The notes: generated by a model not told the origin, from the sequence alone. 15,504 bases of DNA from Acidobacteriota bacterium (GCA_036507075.1 DASXQR010000122.1:1-15504); one strand, 5' to 3'. Counted from the first letter of the stretch, positions 1 through 7,262 are shown. Translations and numbers: made by a program.

Positions 1-402
1 TCGGGGACGCCGCTCACCTTCATGGTGGCATCGCCGGCCGGTACGCTTGGCAACGGCCTGACCACCCGCGCCGATCTGGTAGGCGATCCGAAGCTGCCGC
101 ATCCGTCCACGGCGCTCTGGTTTAATAAGAGCGCATTGGCCGCGCCGCCGCTGTACCGGTATGGTAATTCCGGACAAGGGCTGATCGACGGGCCGGCAGA
201 CCATACGATAGATCTCGCATTGATGAAAAACTTCAATTTCACCGAAGAACGGTTTTTGCAGTTTCGCTGGGAAGTCTTCAACTCGATCAACAAAGTGAAC
301 TTGAATGAGCCCGACACCAGAATCGGCGTGGCCACCGCCGGCCAGATCTTCGGCGCCGGACAGGCGAGGCGGATGCAACTAGGACTCAAGTTCATCTTTT
401 AG
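1..402 (+). CDS. TonB-dependent receptor (Oar-like/carboxypeptidase-regulatory-domain type), C-terminal fragment; 5' part lies outside the window
   Basis: Frame is open from base 1 (SGTPLTFM...). Typical C-terminal barrel motifs: 'DLALMKNFNFTE', 'LQFRWEVFNSINKVN' and terminal 'RRMQLGLKFIF' ending in Phe. Confidence 0.85.
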   Translation, partial: SGTPLTFMVASPAGTLGNGLTTRADLVGDPKLPHPSTALWFNKSALAAPPLYRYGNSGQGLIDGPADHTIDLALMKNFNFTEERFLQFRWEVFNSINKVNLNEPDTRIGVATAGQIFGAGQARRMQLGLKFIF

Positions 403-419
403 TGCGTTGTTTGATGTTG

Positions 420-565
420 GCACGCGAAGCACAGAGCCACGTCCCGCGAGGGCGTGGCGCGGCAAGTCGACTGATTCTACGTGTTCAAGGCGCGAATGTC
501 TCCGTGAGCCGACTCACATGGTTCCCGCCACGCCCTTGCGGGACGTGACTCTGTGTTTCGCGTGC
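420..565. repeat. Inverted REP-like doublet (40-bp arms) between convergent genes
   Basis: 420-459 GCACGCGAAGCACAGAGCCACGTCCCGCGAGGGCGTGGCG matches the reverse complement of 526-565 at 37/40. Each arm has an internal CCACG..CGTG hairpin. Confidence 0.85.
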
Positions 566-606
566 GGTCCCGATCCACAATCGAGGATAAGGATCATCGG
601 TAGTTC

Positions 607-1719
607 TTAAACTCGATAACGATCAACCTTAGCCTCATCCAGTTCTACCCCCAGACCGGGGCCCGCGCCCGGTCTTGCCTCGCCGTCGCGAATACGGAGT
701 GGCTCAGCGAGCAGATCGTCTGTGTAATAGAGCGGGCCGATGATGTCGCACGGGAAGTCCTCGGCCGTGATTGCCAGCGTCGACATGGCCAGGTGAATCA
801 TGGCTGCGCTCCCGATTCCCATTTCCAGGTTACTGCCGACGGTGGCGCGCAGGCCTGCACTCCGGGCGAAATCCGCTATCGTTCGTGCCGGACCCAATCC
901 TCCCGCCTTTCCTACGTAGATTGAAAGCACGTCGGCAGCCTGGGCCTGCGCCAGGTTGGCGGCGTCTTCCAGCGAATAAAGACTTTCATCTGCAATGATC
1001 GGAATGCCGGACCGGCGCCGCACGTCGGCCATTCCGAAAAGGTCACGGGCCGGCACGGGCTGTTCGACAAAGAATATGTCATGTGCCGCAAGTCGCTTGA
1101 TCATCTCGACTGCTTCCTGGCTGCTCCATTTGCCGTTGGCGTCGACGCCAATCTTGACCTCCCGTCCCACAACGCTTCGCACCGCTTTGACGCGCGCGAC
1201 GTCCTGGTCGGCGTCGATTCCGACCTTCACCTTTAGCGCCCGAAAACCCTGGTGTAAAGCCCAGGTGGCGATCTTTGCTGCTTGAGCAGGCTCGACGCCG
1301 GAGACAGAGAACTTGAGCGGAATAAATTCGCGGGCGGGTCCTCCCCACAGTCGATACAAAGGAAGACCTCTGTGTTTACCTTCGATGTCCCAGAGTGCCA
1401 TCTCAACAGCGGCCTTTGTGAAATAATTTCCTGCGACCTTTCGGTTTATTTTTTGGCACAGCGGTTCGATTTCGGTTGGGTCCTCGTGGTGCAGCAGCGG
1501 CTCGAAATAGTAATGAATGAAATGAGCCGCCGACGTGTGATCCTCACCGCTCCAGGCCGGCGTGCAGGAAACCTCCCCCAACCCTGTGACGCCTTCGTCG
1601 GTGTGGATCCGGACGAGCAAAAAGGGCGAGATCGAATGCGACCCGCGCGAGGCTCTTATCATCAACTCCTGCTTGATGGGAACCTGTACGGGAATGCTTT
1701 CGATGCGAGTGATTTTCAT
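607..1719 (-). CDS. Enolase superfamily, mandelate racemase/muconate-lactonizing enzyme (MLE subgroup) protein
   Basis: N-terminal 'VRIHTDEGVTGLGE' and 'AAVEMALWDIEGK'. KVK motif (K163/K165), metal ligands D193 (DAN), E219 (EQP), D244 (DES), and C-terminal 'GPGLGVELD'. Confidence 0.92.
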   Translation of the reverse strand: MKITRIESIPVQVPIKQELMIRASRGSHSISPFLLVRIHTDEGVTGLGEVSCTPAWSGEDHTSAAHFIHYYFEPLLHHEDPTEIEPLCQKINRKVAGNYFTKAAVEMALWDIEGKHRGLPLYRLWGGPAREFIPLKFSVSGVEPAQAAKIATWALHQGFRALKVKVGIDADQDVARVKAVRSVVGREVKIGVDANGKWSSQEAVEMIKRLAAHDIFFVEQPVPARDLFGMADVRRRSGIPIIADESLYSLEDAANLAQAQAADVLSIYVGKAGGLGPARTIADFARSAGLRATVGSNLEMGIGSAAMIHLAMSTLAITAEDFPCDIIGPLYYTDDLLAEPLRIRDGEARPGAGPGLGVELDEAKVDRYRV

Positions 1720-1721
1720 TC

Positions 1722-1750
1722 CCTTGGCGCTCTTTGCGTTCTTGGCGGTT
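1722..1750. repeat. Half copy of the CTTTG(C/T)G-unit palindromic repeat family
   Basis: CCTTGGCGCTCTTTGCGTTCTTGGCGGTT lies between the DUF3830-like and MLE genes. It has the same 8-9 nt periodicity as the ACCACAAAG.. repeats. Confidence 0.55.
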
Positions 1751-2226
1751 CAGTCTTCCACCCGCTCAATCCTCAGCCGGCGCGGTCCCTGGCGACGCGA
1801 GGCGCGGCAGGCCTTTGCAAAGTCGACCCAATCGTACTTCCAGTCTCCCGGGATGCGCGCAAACAAGCTGGCAAAAGTCGGAACTCCTTCCGGTCCGCGA
1901 AGAATTACGCCGCGTCCATAGACAACGCAGATCTCTGCTGTTGGATTCTTCTGACTGGTGACATTTCCGCCCGGATCGCGGAAATAAAACAATTCTCCTG
2001 GAACGGGAATTTGAGCCTGGTTTTCGGCCGGAATGTCGGGCGGATTGTCCAACAGAACAAACACCTCAGCCCCCGAGTACTGGCCATGAATCAAACTCTG
2101 CTCCAGGGGCAGAAGGTTCCAGATGTAACGGCACACTTGAGGGGCTTCGTCATCGAGCATTTCAGCGACAACCTGCTCCCCCGTTTCGGGAAAGCTCAAG
2201 CGAACTCGACGTCTTTTCTGACCCAT
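1750..2226 (-). CDS. DUF3830-family (cyclophilin-like fold) protein
   Basis: 'AEMLDDEAPQVCRYIWNLLPLEQSLIHGQYSGAEVF', 'PAENQAQIPVPGELFYF' and 'EICVVYGRG' match the DUF3830 pattern as I recall it. Lies 30 bp upstream of the MLE gene on the same strand. Confidence 0.7.
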   Translation of the reverse strand: MGQKRRRVRLSFPETGEQVVAEMLDDEAPQVCRYIWNLLPLEQSLIHGQYSGAEVFVLLDNPPDIPAENQAQIPVPGELFYFRDPGGNVTSQKNPTAEICVVYGRGVILRGPEGVPTFASLFARIPGDWKYDWVDFAKACRASRRQGPRRLRIERVED

Positions 2227-2249
2227 TATTTGCGATTTATCGGAGTTCC

Positions 2250-2357
2250 AAATGCGGATTGCGGAATGCGGAATGCGGAATTGGCAAGTAGTGGGGCCTC
2301 AGCTTCGAAAACTTAACCTGGATATATTCCGCAATCCGCATTCCGCAATCCGCATTT
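2250..2357. repeat. Inverted heptamer tandem arrays (AATGCGG)n / (CCGCATT)n
   Basis: 2251-2280 AATGCGG ATTGCGG AATGCGG AATGCGG AA, and about 2326-2356 ATTCCGC AATCCGC ATTCCGC AATCCGC ATT, in the divergent intergenic region. Confidence 0.85.
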
Positions 2358-2364
2358 GACCGGG

Positions 2365-2393
2365 TGGCCAAACAAAATTCGATTCGATATCAT
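2365..2393 (+). promoter_or_regulatory. Possible sigma70 promoter of the sdh-like operon
   Basis: TGGCCA (2365-2370), 17-bp spacer, TATCAT (2388-2393), 13 nt before ATG 2407. No clear Shine-Dalgarno. Confidence 0.3.
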
Positions 2394-2406
2394 AGACGAA
2401 CCACGA

Positions 2407-3144
2407 ATGCGACAATACAAGTTTAGAATTGCCCGCTCTTCCGCAACCGGGAGCGCCGCAGCCGCACATGTTTTCGCGGTCGATCTCGAAGAGCGAATGA
2501 CCGTACTGGACGGGCTATTCAAGATCCAGCGGGAACAGGACCCCACACTTTCATTTCGCTGTTCCTGCCGCGTGGGAATGTGCGGAACCTGCACGGTGTA
2601 CGTGAACAGAATCCCGCGCCTGGCATGCAGAACCAGAGCGGCGACATTGAACGGTGATTTCATCGCCGTTGAGCCGCTGCCGCACCTTCCCGTGATCAAA
2701 GACCTGGTGGTTTCCATGGAGCCGTTCTTCGCTCAGTGGAAAAGAATTCTTCCCGCATTTCATCCCGCCGACCCGCAGTCTGTTGAATTGGCGCGCATTC
2801 CGCCCTCTTCGGAAGCGGCAGCCCATACGCACGAAAAACGCGATTGCATCACCTGCGGGGCGTGCTTTACTGCCTGCGGAATCAAGTCCAGCAGCGCGGC
2901 GTATCTGGGGCCGGCCGCCATCAACAAGGCGTTCTTGCGCCTGATGGACCCACGTGACGGCAGGGTGGAGGAGCGCCTGCGTGTGCTCAACGACGAGAAG
3001 GGCGGAATCTGGCGTTGTCACACCCAATTCAATTGCGTGGCGGTCTGTCCCAAGGGGATCAATCTGAATGATTCCATCGGCCGGTTAAAGCGCGCGATGC
3101 TCCGGCCGCAAAAACTGCTGGGGAAGAAGATTGCAACTCCATAG
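2407..3144 (+). CDS. sdhB: Succinate dehydrogenase/fumarate reductase-like iron-sulfur subunit
   Basis: [2Fe-2S] motif 'SCRVGMCGTC...RLAC', then 'EPLPHLPVIKDLVV', [4Fe-4S] 'CITCGACFTAC' and [3Fe-4S] 'WRCHTQFNCVAVCPKG'. Start moved to ATG 2407. Confidence 0.93.
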   Translation: MRQYKFRIARSSATGSAAAAHVFAVDLEERMTVLDGLFKIQREQDPTLSFRCSCRVGMCGTCTVYVNRIPRLACRTRAATLNGDFIAVEPLPHLPVIKDLVVSMEPFFAQWKRILPAFHPADPQSVELARIPPSSEAAAHTHEKRDCITCGACFTACGIKSSSAAYLGPAAINKAFLRLMDPRDGRVEERLRVLNDEKGGIWRCHTQFNCVAVCPKGINLNDSIGRLKRAMLRPQKLLGKKIATP

Positions 3145-3350
3145 GGTTTGCGAGTTACGGGTTTTCGAGTTGCGAGTTGGATTATTGGTGTCTTGGTGCC
3201 TTAGGGTTTGCGGGTTACGGGTTATCTGGTTGCGAGTTTGATTATTGGTGTCTTGGTGGTTCATGAGTTTTTTACCACCAAGGCACCAAAACAGTTCAAC
3301 TCGCAACCCGGAACACGATAACCCGTAAACCGGAACTTTACCGGAACTTT
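3142..3350. repeat. Composite palindrome: outer GGGTTNC-type tandem arms around an inner TTGGTGTCTTGGTGG/CCACCAAGGCACCAA core, with left arm duplicated
   Basis: 3142-3198 is imperfectly repeated at 3202-3258 (period 60). The right arm CAACTCGCAACCCGGAAC..AACCCGTAAAC is complementary. Related copies lie at about 3890-3995 and 4350-4502. Confidence 0.85.
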
Positions 3351-3352
3351 AA

Positions 3353-3742
3353 ATGAAACATTCAATCGAGTTGATCTTTCGGAAATACCGACAGGAGTAC
3401 AGCGGCGCGTTTGCCTGGCTGATCCAGCGGGTTACGGGTTTGCTGCTGCTTTTTTACCTGTTTCTGCACGTGCGCACGGTTCATAAGCTCAGCGAGGGGC
3501 CGGCTGCGTTTGACGAGGCGTTGAGATTTTTTCAGCAGCCTGTGTTCAAACTCCTGGAGATCGCGTTGTTGGGAGTGGTCGTTCTTCATGCGCTGAACGG
3601 AATTCGAATTACGCTGTTGGATCTGGGCGTGGGCCAAAAGAGAGAGCGGCAGCTCTTCTGGCGCTTTGCTATCGGCGTTGGGGCCCTATTATTCTGCGCC
3701 GGTGCGCTGCCCATTCTGCTGTTCGCAATTCTAAAGATCTGA
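3353..3742 (+). CDS. sdhC: Succinate dehydrogenase-like cytochrome b membrane anchor, large subunit
   Basis: Three hydrophobic helices. 'WLIQRVTGLLLLFYLFLHV' and 'LHALNGIRITLLD' motifs. Confidence 0.9.
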   Translation: MKHSIELIFRKYRQEYSGAFAWLIQRVTGLLLLFYLFLHVRTVHKLSEGPAAFDEALRFFQQPVFKLLEIALLGVVVLHALNGIRITLLDLGVGQKRERQLFWRFAIGVGALLFCAGALPILLFAILKI

Positions 3743-3757
3743 AAGACGGATTGCGGC

Positions 3758-3884
3758 TTGACGGATAAAAGGGACAGACCCCATTGACGGATAAAAGGGG
3801 ACAGACCCCATTAATTGTCCGCAAAAATTGCACTTAATTGAATTCAATTGGGGTCTGTCCCTTTTATCTGTCCCTTTTATCCGT
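3758..3884. repeat. REP-like GGGACAGACCCC element (two direct copies plus inverted copies)
   Basis: TTGACGGATAAAAGG(G)GACAGACCCCA occurs twice (3758-3810). An AT-rich spacer follows, then TGGGGTCTGTCCCTTTTATC and TGTCCCTTTTATCCGT (3849-3884). Confidence 0.85.
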
Positions 3885-3889
3885 ATCCG

Positions 3890-3995
3890 GGCAGTGAGTT
3901 GAACTGGCTTGGTGCCTTGGTGGTAAAAAAGCGATCAACCACCAAGGCACCAAGCCAGGTCAACCCGCAACCCGGAACCCGTTAACCCGTAACTT
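3890..3995. repeat. Composite palindrome, second copy
   Basis: GTTGAACTGGCTTGGTGCCTTGGTGGT ... ACCACCAAGGCACCAAGCCAGGTCAAC followed by CCGCAACCCGGAACCCGTTAACCCGTAAC. Confidence 0.85.
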
Positions 3996-4001
3996 CTTAA
4001 T

Positions 4002-4343
4002 ATGTATCGCAACGTCATCAACTGGTATTTACAACGAATTACCGGCGTGCTGCTGCTGTTGCTCCTGATCGCGCATTTCTGGGTGGAGCATTACGTTGCA
4101 GACAATGTCCGCCGGGGCGAGCTCACTTATCAGATCGTGCTGGCGCGAGTTTCGCATCCGTACTGGCAGGTCATCGATATTTCATTTCTTCTGATCGCGC
4201 TTTACCACGGTTTGAACGGAGTGCGTAATATTCTGCTGGATTACAACTTTAATCGTAGTACGGTTCGTGTTTGTACCGTTGCGCTTTTTCTGGTTGGTCT
4301 GGTCTGGGCGTACTGGGGGATTGAAGCGTTCAGTAAGCTCTAA
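4002..4343 (+). CDS. sdhD: Succinate dehydrogenase-like membrane anchor, small subunit
   Basis: 'WYLQRITGVLLLLLLIAHF', 'LTYQIVLARVSHPYW' and 'LYHGLNGVRNILLDY'. Three hydrophobic helices. Confidence 0.9.
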   Translation: MYRNVINWYLQRITGVLLLLLLIAHFWVEHYVADNVRRGELTYQIVLARVSHPYWQVIDISFLLIALYHGLNGVRNILLDYNFNRSTVRVCTVALFLVGLVWAYWGIEAFSKL

Positions 4344-4349
4344 GTTTGT

Positions 4350-4502
4350 CGGAGTTACGGGTTTCGGGTTTTCGGGTTACGGGTTCGGTAGGTCGTAGGC
4401 TGGTGTCTTGGTGGTTCATGAATTTTTACCACCAAGGCACCAAGCCGGCTCAACTCAGAACTCGAAACCCGAAAACCCGAAAACCCGAAAACCTGAAACC
4501 CG
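4350..4502. repeat. Composite palindrome, third copy
   Basis: (GGGTTTC/GGGTTAC)n left arm, core TGGTGTCTTGGTGGTTCATGAATTTTTACCACCAAGGCACCAA (near-identical to 3246-3290), and (AAACCCG)n right arm ending right before ATG 4503. Confidence 0.85.
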
Positions 4503-6212
4503 ATGGAACTCTTGACCGCAGACATTTTGATCATCGGCGCAGGAGGGGCGGGCCTCCTGGCGGCCCTGCACGCGCACGAAGCAGACCGGCGTCTGAAAAT
4601 CGTGATCGCGGTAAAGGGACTTCTCGGCCAAAGCGGCTGCACGCGCATGGTTCAGGGTGGATACAATGCCGTGCTGAATCCAGCCGACTCCCTGCAGCGC
4701 CATTTCGAGGACACCATGAAGGGAGGAGCCTTCTTGAACAACCAGGAACTGGCATGGATCCTTGTGGAAGACGCTCCCAAACGAATCATTGAACTGGAAA
4801 ACAAGGTCGGATGCCTTTTTGACCGCCGCGAGGATGGAACTATCCATCAGAAGCCGTTTGCCGGACAGTCTTTCGATCGCACTGTGCATAAAGGAGACCT
4901 CACCGGCATTGAAATTATGTCCAACCTTCGTGATTACATCCTCGAGCACGACATCCAGGTGCTCGAGGAATGCCGGGGTCTGGATTTTCTGCATAGCGGC
5001 AGCCGGATAAGCGGCGCGGTTCTTCTGGACATCCGGAGCGGCCGCTTGATTGCCGCGCGTGCCGCAGCCACCCTGGTTTGCACCGGCGGCGGCGCCACGA
5101 TGTATCGGATTTCGTCGCCGTCTCTGGAGAAGTCGGGCGACGGGATGGCGATGGCCTGTCGCGCGGGTGCGGACTTTCTCGACATGGAAATGATGCAATT
5201 TCATCCCACCGGCCTGCTGGTGGGACGTTCCATGGCAACCGGAGGCCTGCTGGAAGAAGGCCTGCGCGGAGCAGGCGCGCGGCTGTTCAACGGCCGTGGC
5301 GAACGATTCATGGAACGGTACGATCCGGAAAAGAAGGAACGCGCCACACGCGATGTGGTTTCACGCTCCAGCTACCTGGAAATAGCGGCCGGCCGCGGCA
5401 CCGCCGCAGGGGGCGTACTGCTGGATGCGAGCCACCTGGGGGAAGAATTTCTTCTCCGAAACTTCCCCGGTATGGTGGAACGCTGCCGTGATTATGGCTT
5501 TGATCTGCTGCATGAAGCGGTAGAAGTTTCTCCCAGCGCGCATTACCAGATGGGCGGAGTACGGATCGATGCGCAATGCCGCACCAGTCTGGACGGGCTG
5601 TTCGCGGCGGGAGAAGATGCCGGCGGAGTCCATGGGGCCAACCGGCTGGGAGGAAATGGAGTGGCCGACTCAGTCGTGTTCGGCGCCAGGGCGGGAGATG
5701 TCATGGTCGAATACGCCGGCACGACAGCGCCCGCAGAAATCTCCATGGCGGAAGCGGAATCGATCGGCGAACGCTGGTGTCGCTTCCTGCGGCAGGACCC
5801 ATCGGAAAATGTGTTCCACCTGCGCCAGGAACTGGAAGATCTGATGTGGGAGAAAGTAGGGGTGGTGCGCAACGAGGAGAAATTGTCCCAAGCGGTTTGC
5901 TCTCTCGTTTCTCTTCAAGAGCGGGTGGCGCGCGTCAGAGCCGGCGGCGGCGGGGAATACAATGCGGAATGGAACGAGGCCATCAATGTTGCTAACCTTG
6001 CTTTGGTTGCCGAAATGATTGCGCGCAGCGCGCGCATCCGCGAGGAAAGCCGCGGAGCGCATTTCCGGTCGGATTTTCCGGCCCCAGATGCGCGCTGGCT
6101 GAAAAACATCTGTGTGATGCGGGGGAACGGCGGGTTAGAATTTTCATTCCGGCCTTTGGTCTTCAGCCGTCTGCCGCCGCCGGATCTGGAGGCGCCGAAT
6201 GAGAAGAAATGA
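4503..6212 (+). CDS. sdhA: Succinate dehydrogenase/fumarate reductase-like flavoprotein subunit (atypical; SGCT motif)
   Basis: GAGGAG FAD loop, 'QFHPTG', 'TRDVV', 'AHYQMGG', 'HGANRLGGN' and 'ESRGAHFRSDFP'. Neighbours are sdhB/C/D-like genes. The symbol denotes the family, not a proven substrate. Confidence 0.88.
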   Translation: MELLTADILIIGAGGAGLLAALHAHEADRRLKIVIAVKGLLGQSGCTRMVQGGYNAVLNPADSLQRHFEDTMKGGAFLNNQELAWILVEDAPKRIIELENKVGCLFDRREDGTIHQKPFAGQSFDRTVHKGDLTGIEIMSNLRDYILEHDIQVLEECRGLDFLHSGSRISGAVLLDIRSGRLIAARAAATLVCTGGGATMYRISSPSLEKSGDGMAMACRAGADFLDMEMMQFHPTGLLVGRSMATGGLLEEGLRGAGARLFNGRGERFMERYDPEKKERATRDVVSRSSYLEIAAGRGTAAGGVLLDASHLGEEFLLRNFPGMVERCRDYGFDLLHEAVEVSPSAHYQMGGVRIDAQCRTSLDGLFAAGEDAGGVHGANRLGGNGVADSVVFGARAGDVMVEYAGTTAPAEISMAEAESIGERWCRFLRQDPSENVFHLRQELEDLMWEKVGVVRNEEKLSQAVCSLVSLQERVARVRAGGGGEYNAEWNEAINVANLALVAEMIARSARIREESRGAHFRSDFPAPDARWLKNICVMRGNGGLEFSFRPLVFSRLPPPDLEAPNEKK

Positions 6213-6256
6213 ACCACAAAGGCACAAAGATTTTGTGTCCTTCGTGTCTTTGTGGT
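6213..6256. repeat. ACCACAAAGGCACAAAG-type palindromic repeat
   Basis: ACCACAAAGGCACAAAGATTTTGTGTCCTTCGTGTCTTTGTGGT. Confidence 0.85.
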
Positions 6257-6270
6257 GAATGCAGGGGCTT

Positions 6271-7206
6271 ATGTCAAATTCAATTTACGACACCATCGAA
6301 GAAGTATCCCGAAACCTTTATCTGCTGGCGCTCAAAGATATCCCCCAGGATGTGCGCAAAGCCCTGGCCGGCGGTGCCCAGATAGAACAACAGAAGGGCA
6401 ACAGGACCGCCCTTCAGGTCCTTTCGACGATTCTCGAAAACATCAGAGTCGCAGACGAGCAGGACACTCTGGTCTGCCAGGATACCGGGATCCCTGTTTA
6501 CAAAGTGCTCGTCGGGAGCCGACTTGACCTCGATATTCCGGAGTTGAAGGACCGGATTCGCAAAGCCTGCGAGCGGGCCACAAAGGAACACCCGCTTCGG
6601 TCAAACTCGGTTCATCCATTGAGCCGGCAAAACACGCAAACCAATACAGGGCAGGGGATTCCCATCATCAAGCTCGACTTTGTTCGCGATGGCGACAATA
6701 TTGAGATACAAATGGCGCCCAAAGGATCGGGATCCGAGAACATGAGCTTTCTGAAAATGCTCAACCCGGCCGAAGGAATCCGGGGAATAAAGAAATTTGT
6801 GCTGCAGTGCGTTTTCGAATCCGGCGCCCGACCTTGCCCGCCCGTCATTGTGGGCGTCGGCCTGGGCGGGACTTCAGATCTGGCAATGCAGCTTGCCAAG
6901 GAGGCCAGTACTTTTCGCAGCATCGGTTCTTCCAATCCCGACCTTCAGGTTGCCGCGCTGGAGAAAGAGCTGCTGGAGAAGATAAATGAGACCGGCATCG
7001 GTCCTCAGGGCCTGGGTGGGACTACCACGGCTCTGGCGGTCCATGTCGAATGGGCACACACGCATATCACGCAAAATCCTGTGGCGGTGAATATGCAATG
7101 CTGGCGAGGAGAGCGCTCGCGCGCCGTCATCGAAAAGGATGGATCGGTGAGCTACGACCTGCCGGCGCCGGTGGTGCAGAAGAAAGTGGAGTCGTTCACG
7201 GTGTAA
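6271..7206 (+). CDS. Fe-S hydro-lyase, tartrate dehydratase/class I fumarate hydratase alpha subunit
   Basis: 'CQDTG', 'PKGSGSEN', 'PCPPVIVGVGLGGT', 'GIGPQGLGG' and 'VAVNMQCW' supply three cluster Cys. SD-like AGGGG precedes ATG 6271 (alternative start 6259). Confidence 0.92.
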   Translation: MSNSIYDTIEEVSRNLYLLALKDIPQDVRKALAGGAQIEQQKGNRTALQVLSTILENIRVADEQDTLVCQDTGIPVYKVLVGSRLDLDIPELKDRIRKACERATKEHPLRSNSVHPLSRQNTQTNTGQGIPIIKLDFVRDGDNIEIQMAPKGSGSENMSFLKMLNPAEGIRGIKKFVLQCVFESGARPCPPVIVGVGLGGTSDLAMQLAKEASTFRSIGSSNPDLQVAALEKELLEKINETGIGPQGLGGTTTALAVHVEWAHTHITQNPVAVNMQCWRGERSRAVIEKDGSVSYDLPAPVVQKKVESFTV

Positions 7207-7209
7207 AAA

Positions 7210-7262
7210 ACCACAAAGACACAAAGAACACAAAGTCTTTGTGTCCTTTGTGTTTTTGTGAT
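7210..7262. repeat. ACCACAAAG-type palindromic repeat
   Basis: ACCACAAAGACACAAAGAACACAAAG T CTTTGTGTCCTTTGTGTTTTTGTGAT. Confidence 0.85.

Noticed and set aside
607..1719. Gene symbols catB/menC/ykfB for the enolase-superfamily gene, and ttdAB/fumAB for the hydro-lyase
   Set aside because: Diagnostic residues differ, so specificity cannot be assigned from sequence.
1282..2316. 344-aa plus-strand ORF and other long overlapping ORFs (4455-5204, 10754-11809, 11841-12533, 14005-14595)
   Set aside because: They are antisense or alternate-frame shadows of well-supported genes in GC-rich DNA, with no recognisable motifs.
3142..4502. CRISPR array or integron attC cassette array suggested by repeats between short genes
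   Set aside because: Repeats vary in length and sequence, and there are no regular spacers, cas genes or integrase. No RYYYAAC/GTTRRRY pairs are evident, and the intervening genes are subunits of one complex.
4346..4792. Small ORFs over intergenic repeats (also 407-610, 3085-3306, 7847-8217, 9985-10281, 12561-12869)
   Set aside because: Their translations (TRNPKT, SVCQS, HKGTKDTK) simply reflect the repeat units.
4503..6212. L-aspartate oxidase (nadB) annotation
   Set aside because: The gene is flanked by Fe-S and cytochrome b anchor genes and there is no nadA/nadC in the window. The motifs fit the SdhA/FrdA/TfrA-like group better.
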